DNA from: Camelus ferus
Taxonomy: Eukaryota
Direction: 5' to 3'
Assembly (NCBI RefSeq): GCF_009834535.1
Contig: NC_045707.1
Coordinates: 50,160,001 to 50,224,000, forward strand
Length of the DNA: 64,000 bases
In this document: positions 28,101 to 36,701 of the stretch, one piece after another
How the letters are laid out: each line of letters begins with the position of its first letter
Numbering within the stretch: the first letter of the stretch is position 1
The notes under the pieces: model-generated
What the model was told of the DNA's origin: nothing
What the model saw: the letters and a program-made list of their open reading frames with translations, nothing else
Databases searched by the model: none
Translations under genes and position numbers: made by a program

Positions 28101-28462
28101 TTTTGAGTACCTACTTTGTGCCCTACCCTCGTCGTGTGTCACCTTGGCTGTCTCTAATCCTCACAGTCCTCTGAGGTAGGCGTAACTACTCCCCCTCTTA
28201 TACACTGCTGAATCCCTTTCCTTGCTTTAGTTTTCCATAGCACTGTCACTTTCTTATATACCATATAATTATTTATTTTGTTTATTGTCTGTTCTCAGGA
28301 GAATGTAAGCTCCAGGAAGGCAGGTTTTCTTGTCTTTTATTCACTGCTGCATTCCTGGAACCTAGAGTGAGTGAATGAATGAATGAATGGAGGCCCAGAG
28401 AGGGTGAATGACTTTCCTCTGTCAAACTACTCATTGGAGACATTTGAACTCAGGCCTATGTG
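28101..28462 (-). mobile_element. MIR split by the L2 fragment
   Basis: ttgagtacctactttgtgcc...taatcctcac...gaggtagg on the left; gaggcccagagagg...atttgaactcagg on the right. Confidence 0.6.
28209..28390 (+). mobile_element. LINE-2 3' end inserted in a MIR
   Basis: tttattgtctg...gaatgtaagctccaggaaggcagg...ttcactgctg...(TGAA)n tail. Confidence 0.75.
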
Positions 28463-29819
28463 CTACACTGACTCACATCAGGAATGGTTAGTTGTGAAGA
28501 TTAGAATCTAAGACATACTCTAAGGAAGAGCACAGCATTTACTGGCTGTCTGACTAATGAAGGCAAAGAAAACCACCAGATGTGAAACAAGCAGGAAGGA
28601 AATGAGCCTAACTTTTGATCCTTGACATCTTGTGCGGAGGATAAAACATAAATCTGTGAAGCCCAGAAAAGCCTAGTTGTCAAAATTCAAAACGCAGACC
28701 TCAAAATGCAAATTTCAGCAAGGAACAGTGAAGCACAGTGGGCATGGTCTCCACAACATCCTGTGTTATGAGGATGTGGAAATCCTTAAGGGTCTGGAGT
28801 CAGGCCTCAAATCACCATTCTGCTGTTTGCTACTGTGTGACCTCAGGAAAATTCCTTAATCTCTGTAAATGGGGATAATTTATATGAGTTTCCCGAAGAC
28901 TGATGGAGATACACATGTATCCATGCCCACCATGTGGTAAATGCTCACTGCATATATTACTTCTACTGGATCAGTTCAGTGTGGTTAGAGAACAGGGTGT
29001 TTAAAAGGGTACCAGTAGAGGGAAGTTAGAAAAGTAACTGGGTATACTCTGTATTTGACCATGTTAAAGGATTTTGACCCTGGTCTGTAACAGCACCTGC
29101 TTTTCCTGACAGTTGAACTGAGATGGATTAAACAGCTTAGGGTAGTTCCTCAGAGGATTTCTCCTTAGACTAGGCAGTTCCAGGTGGGCTAGGGCTCAAA
29201 GGGCATCTTTGGGATGGAAAGGACACGGGCCATTCTGCAGGTTAGGAGTTCAGAAATTAAAAAATTAATACCAACAGCCAACGGCACACTAACGTTGTTA
29301 GGACACTTCACTTTACCCATTTAGTCATCACAGCGATTCAACGAAGCTGATATTTTTATTATTTTCCTGATGCCAAAGTGGAAGACTGCAGCTTAAAAGA
29401 GATAGATGATACAATCAAGGTCGCACATTTAGGAAGGGGCGGAAGCACCATTCAAACCCGGGCCGCCCCACTTCAGAGGTCCTTTCTTTACACCGCACTT
29501 CTTAGGCCCGAGCGGTCAGAATGCCATTTTATAAAATGTGCTGAGGGACTGCAGGGTTCAGAAACATGGGTGAAGCGAAACGTCTGGATCTTCAGGTTTG
29601 ACAAGTGTTACGACCATCCTCCCAAATTGGTGCCCCAGCTCAGATAACCGCACTTTAAAAACAGCTAAGTAGAAACCAATTTCCCTTCCTGCCTCTTCTG
29701 TTGGAGTTCCTGGGCTGAAAGATGTCACTCTTGTTAGGCCAGCCGCAGGGTATCCTGCCTCTCCTCGCCTGCCCAGTGACAGGAAGGTCTTGGGGAAAGG
29801 GACATCTGTTAAAGAGGTG

Positions 29820-31210
29820 GGAGCGGATCGGAGGCGTCGGCTTCAGCGCAAGCCTCCTCCAGCTAGAACTGGATGATATCCAGTGAAATATGGGAATTCT
29901 GTTCCAAGGGATGCCCAAAAAAGGCGCGAGGAGAGGAGTGCGGCAACCCCCACCTTCGCCGAACACGCTCCTCCAGGGGCGGCCTGCCTGCAGCAGAGCT
30001 CCAAAATTGGCAACCTGGGCCTCGCAGCCGCCTTTTTTTAGCCTACATTCCCCAAACCAGGGAAGAGGCGGGTGACTAAAAATGCAAATTGGAGCGGGGG
30101 CGGCAGCAGGCAGGCCTGTGGGTGCGGGGCGTCTGGCGAGGGGAGACCCCACGACCTCAGGTGCCCTCCGCTCTATCAGCGGTGGGCGCAGAGCGCCGGG
30201 AGGGCGCTGGGGAAAGCCGCTCCCCGCCAAGCCGCTGCCCCCCCTTCCGCCTCCCCGGCGGCGGGACAATGCGCGGCCTCTTTTCCGCCGGGGGTTAGGG
30301 AGGGGCGGCCGGATTAGGGCCCGCGCCTTCCGGCCGCTGCCGCCCCTCCCATCCCCCCGGCCCCCCGGCCGCGCCGGCCGCACACAGGTGGTTTTCCGCT
30401 CGGGAGCGGCAGGCCCCGTCACTTTTATATAACAATAGAGGTCTGCGCGCCGGGAATGCGCCTCCCTGCCGCCGCCGCGGCCCCCGCCCGCCACGCCTCC
30501 ATCCGGCTCCCCGCCCGCCCTGCCCCGCGGTACCCGGGACGAGCGGGGCTGGCTGGCTGGCCTGGCCAGCACCTCCCCCATTACCTGCTTTCTCTGCAGC
30601 GCGGCAGACACGTTCCCCAGCACTCCCAGCTCTTTTCTGGAGCAGGGGCTCCCGGCAGGCACTCCTCCTCCCCCCTCACCCGCCTTAGGCCGCTCAAAAG
30701 CCCAAATCCCGCTCTCGGCCCAGCGTCCGTCCTCCGGGGTCGCCCGACGCCCCTCACGGGCTGAGCGCGGAGGCCGCCGGTACTAATGAGAAGCGCAACG
30801 CGCAGGTGCGGGCGGTGCTCCGCCAGTACCCAGCGACCCGCAGAGGAGGGGGCTGCTGCTGCAGCAGGGAAGTGGGTAACCCGTCTCGGAAAGTGGGAGT
30901 GGGGTCGAAGTCTCCCCTTTGACATGCCTCTCGGTCTACAGTAATCAGTCGCCAAGCCTGTGAGCCCCCGCAGGGTTCAGGCCTTGCGGGAGGACTGACC
31001 CAAGCGGATGGTGGGGCAGCCGGCCCGGTTCTGCGCGCCCAGGTGCACCTCGCCGAGGCAGCCCGTCCTGGCCGGTTCCTCTGTTGGAAGCTGAGCTCGC
31101 TGCCCAGAAATGATTAACGAGCGCGAACCCCCAGCGCGCAGTGGGTGACGGCGGCGGGGGGAGCTTGGGTCCCCGGAACAATGGCTCCTAACGCCCCAGG
31201 CCGTCGCAGA
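29820..31210. promoter_or_regulatory. Upstream CpG island with GC boxes and a central TATA-like element
   Basis: Very GC/CpG-rich; CCCCGCCC/GGGGCGG boxes; isolated AT block TTTTATATAACAATAG at 30423-30438. Confidence 0.8.
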
Positions 31211-31842
31211 GGAATAAAAGCATTGGACTGCCCAACGAGTTTGTTTCTGCAGCCTTCACTGTTTAAAAAAAATTAATTAATTAAAAAGCTATTTTTTAAA
31301 AAGCTTGCTACCTATTATCTGGACAACCAAACATTTGTTTCTTTGCTTGCTTAAAAATGTTTCAACAAAATCCTGGTTTGTTTCAAAAGATGTTGGATTA
31401 GCATTTAACACCTCATCGGTCACTAAAGCCCAGGCAGTTCACCAGCCCCAACACAGCCTCGGCTAAAAGAACATCAGAGCAAACAGAACTGGGCTTTTTA
31501 AACTGGCAAACAAATGCCACACACTGCCTAAGGGGGAAGGGGGCGGTTAAAGTGAACTCCAGTCCAAATGAGTTTAAAGGGAATAAAAAGGGAAAAAGTC
31601 AGCACAAGTTTCCCTAAAGCTAGCTTGCGCGCACAGACGTCGCGAACAAGGGCTTTTGTGCCTGCTAATTGCACCATTTGTGCGCAAAAGTTCCGAGGCG
31701 AAGTGTGAACTCTCAACAGAAGGAAACATGAGACAACTGAAGTGCCCTGGTTTGTGTGCCCTGCTCCTCCTCCGCCGCCGCCTCCTCTTCTTTCTCCTTC
31801 CTCCCGCCGAGCCCGCTGTTGCAGCTTGTTTGCACTGGAGCT

Positions 31843-31867
31843 TATCCGGAGCGGAAATTCCTTTCCG
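31843..31867. promoter_or_regulatory. Clustered ETS sites (ERK/FGF-responsive element of DUSP6)
   Basis: TATCCGGAGCGGAAATTCCTTTCCG has GGA(A/T) cores on both strands, including near-palindromic GGAAATTCC; ETS-dependent ERK feedback on the DUSP6 promoter is established. Confidence 0.75.
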
Positions 31868-31982
31868 TTTTTGTGAATGACAAACTCATTAACAATTCAT
31901 CAACACAACCTGTTCCAGCCGGCCCGTCCCCACGGCAACAGCCCCTTCCGCAGCGCGCTCATTGGCTGGCCCGGAGAATGTA

Positions 31983-32261
31983 TCCATTGAGACGCTAGCT
32001 GTTTGTATCCATTGAGGAGCTGCCTCGCGCAGGGGGTGTGCTAGTGCTGAGTCCAAGGGAGAGTGAGCAAATCGAGGCTTGAATAATCCGAGAAAGACGC
32101 CCGGGTGGATTTGAGGAGCAGCCTTGGAGGGAGGGATTAGGAGCCGCTGGACTGTTTTTTTTTCCTCCCCTCTCAGTAGCACGGAGTCCGAATTAATTGG
32201 ATTTCATTCACCGGGGAGGAACAAAACTGTCTGGGCAGCTTCATTCAGAGAGATTCATTGA
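31983..32261 (-). promoter_or_regulatory. Five Capicua (CIC)-type octamers T(G/C)AATG(A/G)A
   Basis: TCCATTGA 31983 and 32008, TTCATTCA 32203 and 32240, TTCATTGA 32254 (all reverse complements of the consensus). Confidence 0.65.
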
Positions 32262-32471
32262 CACCAAGAGCGAGTGGCTGCAGCCAGGTGCAGAGGGAAC
32301 CACCGGCTTCACTTCTGTCTCTCTTGCCCCAACCGCTCACCCGGTTTGGGAAGGGCGAGGTGGAATTAAAACCCATCTCCGAGAGCGGCGGCTTCTCGCG
32401 GCGCTCTCGGCCTATGCCTGCCCCGAGGGGCGTCTGGTAGGCACCCCGCCTTCTCCGGCAGCTCGACCCCC

Positions 32472-32871
32472 ATGATAGATACGCTCAGACCCGTGCCCTT
32501 CGCGTCGGAAATGGCGATCAGCAAGACGGTGGCGTGGCTCAACGAGCAGCTGGAGCTGGGCAACGAGCGGCTGCTGTTGATGGACTGCCGGCCGCAGGAG
32601 CTGTACGAGTCGTCGCACATCGAGTCAGCAATCAACGTGGCCATCCCGGGCATCATGCTACGGCGCTTGCAGAAGGGCAACTTGCCGGTGCGCGCGCTCT
32701 TCACGCGCGGCGAGGACCGGGACCGCTTCACCCGGCGCTGCGGCACCGACACCGTGGTGCTCTACGACGAGAGTAGCAGCGACTGGAACGAGAATACCGG
32801 CGGCGAGTCGGTGCTCGGGCTGTTGCTCAAGAAACTCAAGGACGAGGGCTGCCGGGCGTTCTACCTGGAAG
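32472..32871 (+). CDS. DUSP6: DUSP6 (MKP-3) coding exon 1: N-terminal rhodanese/Cdc25-homology ERK-binding domain with KIM ([11 protein letters not shown])
   Basis: Translation [77 protein letters not shown]...AFYLE is the recognisable DUSP6 N-terminus; 400 nt ending at donor GAAG|gtacgt (phase 1). Confidence 0.98.
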
Positions 32872-33470
32872 GTACGTGCCAGGGGAGCCCCGCTCAGGGG
32901 GCAGGGCGCGGGACACGAGGCTGCGGGCTGCAGGCGGGGCACGCGGACTGGAAGCGCCCCTGCTGCGCTTGGCTGGCGCTTCTGTGCCAGGGGCTGTCTA
33001 CCGGCTCCAGGCTGCGAACCTCACTTGCCCCGGACCGCGAGTGGGGCCCGAGCAGAATCGACCGGCTTCCGGCCACAGGCACGGGCAGTTTCTAACTAGC
33101 TCTCCTTCCTACCTGGAATATCCTTCACCTCTCCGTGCTTTCTATCGTTAGATTTTTGAATTCAGATTTGCAGGACGGCAGAGGTCGTTGGGGTGCAGAT
33201 TGGCACCTTCCAACCCCTTAAAATATTCAGAAAAGTTGCCATTTTGTGCATTTCCGGACTAAAAAGAATAAAGGTTCCCAGGGGAGGCGGGCCCATTCGT
33301 TCTATTCGCAAAGGTGCAGATTTAAGTGTCTTTCTCTTATATTTGGCTTGGGGCGGGGGGAGCGGTTGGTAGAGCGCTGTGGTGTGTTTCTGCGCCCGGC
33401 TGCGGCTCTCAAAGCTGTGAAAACTACTACGGGATCTCGGGTTACATGATTGCTTTTCTCGTTCTGGCAG

Positions 33471-33908
33471 GTGGTTTCAGTAAGTTCCAAGCCGAGTTCG
33501 CCCTGCATTGCGAGACCAATCTAGACGGCTCGTGTAGCAGCAGCTCGCCACCGTTGCCAGTGCTGGGGCTCGGGGGCCTGCGGATCAGCTCCGACTCCTC
33601 CTCGGACATTGAGTCTGACCTTGACCGAGACCCCAATAGTGCAACGGACTCGGATGGCAGCCCGCTTTCCAACAGCCAGCCTTCTTTCCCCGTGGAGATC
33701 TTGCCCTTCCTCTACTTGGGCTGTGCCAAGGACTCCACCAACCTGGACGTGTTGGAGGAGTTTGGCATCAAGTACATCTTGAATGTCACCCCCAATTTGC
33801 CAAATCTCTTTGAGAACGCAGGAGAGTTCAAATACAAGCAGATCCCCATCTCGGATCATTGGAGCCAAAACCTGTCCCAGTTTTTCCCTGAGGCCATTTC
33901 TTTCATAG
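33471..33908 (+). CDS. DUSP6: DUSP6 coding exon 2: linker (SSSSPP, Leu-rich [16 protein letters not shown]) and first half of the phosphatase domain including the general-acid loop (ISDHWSQNL)
   Basis: Acceptor ttttctcgttctggcag|GT, donor ATAG|gtgaga; 438 nt, phase 1-1, continues the exon 1 frame ([10 protein letters not shown]...EAISFI). Confidence 0.98.
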
Positions 33909-34938
33909 GTGAGACTAATTAACAGTCCCCTTTTAGACTTTTAAGTGCAAAATTCCTAACCATTCCTAAAGTCTAAACTGTTAACCTCTCTTGTTGCTTG
34001 CTAATTTGTCAGACTGCAGGTTTCTAATGTTCCAAGGGCGTTCTTAATTCTGTTTTATCTTCTTCCTAAGGAAATGTGTCTTTGGACAAGGCTGCAGACC
34101 ACAGGTGTATTTGAAATGCTGTCTGCTTCTTAACTCTGAATGCAGTCATTTGAAAGGGGGACCATTCATAAGTAGACAACAGAATTTTCCTACAATCTCT
34201 GGACTAGGGGAGGGCCAGAGAGACGTGCTCGTGGTAGACAGGAATTCTAGCATGGCTTTATAATTTTTAAAAGCCCTGGGAGTTGTTTTAGGACACCCAG
34301 TTGGTTGTTGGAAAGCCCTGTGAATGCTAGATGTTGTAAGTCAGCTGAATGCTACTGTGATGCCGGTGAACAGTGAGGCAGTGAGGGTAACCTGAGCCCA
34401 GCAGGAAGGACTGTGGGCTGAAAGCCTGGAGAAGCGAATCTCCAGGCATTGTAGTGCATTTCCTATTACAAAGGAACTCATTTTCAGGCCATGTCGACAT
34501 CCTGTTCCTCCTAATGGGCTGTCCCCTGTGACTTCCCTCTCTCTTTTAAAATGCCTGAATACCTCCATTGTTAGCTGCACAACAGTTGGAGAATAATTTA
34601 ATAGACCCTTGCAGTCTGCTTGTCTGTATAAAAGGCATTCACGACCATATTGCAGGGTTTCTGGTATTCACATGCTGAGGCAAAGAATGCACACATTAAG
34701 GAGTTTTTTGCTGGCAGAAACTTAATACAAAAGCTCCCTTTTCAGAAAATATCTGAAATATGTAATTGTGCCCAGTGTCCATGTTTTATCACAGTGATAC
34801 ATTTTCTGCTGCCTGCAGGGTTCAACTGCCGCACACGATTATTTTTTATCTTTTTATTATTATTCAGTTTTCAGACTGATTATTCACAAAGCGTGGTTTT
34901 CAGTCTACTGACATTTTGCCTTTCTTGTGTGTTTTCAG

Positions 34939-35246
34939 ATGAAGCTCGGGGCAAAAATTGTGGTGTCTTGGTGCACTGCTTGGCTGGCATCAGCCGCTCG
35001 GTCACTGTGACTGTGGCTTATCTTATGCAGAAGCTCAATCTGTCCATGAATGATGCTTATGACATTGTGAAGATGAAGAAATCCAACATCTCCCCCAACT
35101 TCAACTTCATGGGCCAGCTGCTGGACTTCGAGAGGACGCTGGGACTCAGCAGCCCCTGTGACAACCGCGTCCCGGCACAGCAGCTCTATTTCACCACCCC
35201 CTCCAACCAGAACGTCTACCAGGTGGACTCCCTGCAATCCACGTGA
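34939..35246 (+). CDS. DUSP6: DUSP6 coding exon 3: catalytic signature [10 protein letters not shown] (C293), AYLM motif, C-terminus [10 protein letters not shown]
   Basis: Acceptor ttcttgtgtgttttcag|AT; 308 nt to TGA at 35244-35246; spliced total 381 aa matches known DUSP6 length. Confidence 0.98.
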
Positions 35247-36425
35247 AAGGCTCCCCACTGGGATGTGTCCGCTCCTTTAGCAGTTTCTCTTAGCAGCATC
35301 AGCTGGGCTGCTTTCTTTGTATGTGGCCCCAGGTGTCCACATGACACCAGCTGTCTGTATTAGACAAGGTTACCACGTGTGGAGTCGGTTACCACAAAGG
35401 GAGAGATGTGCTCCATTGCTGGAAGAACAGGACATGCTGTACAGATACAGGCAGAGTACGGTTGCTCCACACTCCTGTGTACAGCCTACCCCGGCAGGGA
35501 CTGGAATTCGAGGCCTTCCAGGTATATAGGGTAGGACCAAATGGTAGGGTTAGGAGCATGTGTTCTTTAGGGCCTTGTGTGACTGTTTCCTTTTGCATCT
35601 GGAACTGACTCTACATTGTCTTCAGTGAAGACTGATTCAACTTTGCATATCGAGGAGCCAAAGAGAGGTTTCAGCTCTGTATCTGTAGTATCAGTTGGCA
35701 AAAAATAAAAAGAAATAAATAACAAATCAATCAAGTGAATCTGATACTCCATTTGATTATTGTAAATATTTGATTTTGTTTGAATTGTGTTTGTTTTTCC
35801 TTTCATGGGTTTAAAAGAAATCATCCAAAGGGAGAAAGAGCAAGTATGCCACTTCTTAACAAAAAAATAGAAACTTTCACTCTTTTGTAATCCAAAGGAG
35901 ATATCTGCAGCAAGCTTGGCTTTACCGATTCTGAACGAGATTTTCATGGACATTTATATTACAGAGACCTTGTTATGGTGCAGTCTTCAGTCTATTCCTA
36001 TATCTTCCTTGTGATTTTTTTTTTCTTTTAATGTAGTTTGACTATGCCTTACCTTTGTAAATATTTTGGCTTGTATTGTCTCAGAGGGGATATCTTGGAA
36101 GGATACCAAAACAATGGCTCACTTTTTTTCTTTTTAAACTTCAGCTGTGCTAAACAGTATATTACCTCTGTACAAAATTCTTCAGGGAGTGTCACCTCAA
36201 ATGCAATATTTTAGGTTGGTTTCTTTCCTTTTTCAGAACAATGTGTGTGAAACTGGAAGTGTGTGTGTGCGCACAGGCAGCCCGTCGACAGGCGAAAGGC
36301 ATATGATTGTGGAGGAGGGAGACTTATGTGGCTCCATTAAATTCACGGTATAAAGTTTTGAGCTGAAACTTATTATAAGAATGTAAAACCTTAAATTATT
36401 AATAAATAACTATTTTGGCTATCAA
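35247..36425 (+). other. DUSP6: DUSP6 3' UTR (AU-rich), approximate 3' end
   Basis: Follows the stop codon; AU-rich; two TGTAAATA Pumilio elements (35761, 36056); AATAAA at 36401-36406 followed by a GT/T-rich stretch. Confidence 0.75.
36401..36406 (+). terminator. Polyadenylation signal AATAAA (probable main DUSP6 PAS)
   Basis: ttattAATAAAtaactattttggct followed by atgtgtatttctt. Confidence 0.75.
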
Positions 36426-36656
36426 ATGTGTATTTCTTAAAATTCTCTCCTTAATTGTACTTAACATAGGAAGGGACACATTTTAGGACTTTCTCAGTTG
36501 GGGACTGATGTTGGCCTGTAAAATACCTGTAGGAATAAATAGCAGGGCAGAGTTCTCATCTTTTTAACTCCCAAGAATGTTTTTCAGGTTCAGTCTATGA
36601 AATTAATCTTTTGCTTTGAATAAAAATGACAGAAGGGATTGACTTTTTCACTCCTG

Positions 36657-36701
36657 GACATCTAGTTCAGAGGCATCTAGTTAATAGGCATCTAGTTCTG
36701 G
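36657..36701. repeat. 3 x 15-bp tandem repeat (core CATCTAGTT)
   Basis: Core at 36659, 36674, 36689. Confidence 0.85.

Larger units (their letters stand above)
31625..33100 (+). promoter_or_regulatory. DUSP6 promoter / 5' UTR / exon 1 CpG island (TATA-less)
   Basis: High GC and CpG density; inverted CCAAT (ATTGG 31961-31965); FOX-like TGTTTGC 31827; SOX-like AACAAT 31891. Confidence 0.85.

Noticed and set aside
1..29800. Exons of an upstream neighbour gene (POC1B in human synteny)
   Set aside because: No WD40 or coiled-coil coding exon recognised; a short exon could have been missed by eye
29655..30662. 335-aa minus-strand ORF and other overlapping ORFs in the upstream CpG island
   Set aside because: Low-complexity Arg/Gly/Pro/Ala composition, expected from stop-codon scarcity in GC-rich DNA; no recognisable domain
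32872..33095. Extension of the DUSP6 exon 1 ORF to 207 aa
   Set aside because: Read-through past the canonical GT donor into GC-rich intron 1; would be a premature-stop product
32366..35258. Antisense ORFs overlapping DUSP6 exons
   Set aside because: Shadow frames of a GC3-rich coding sequence
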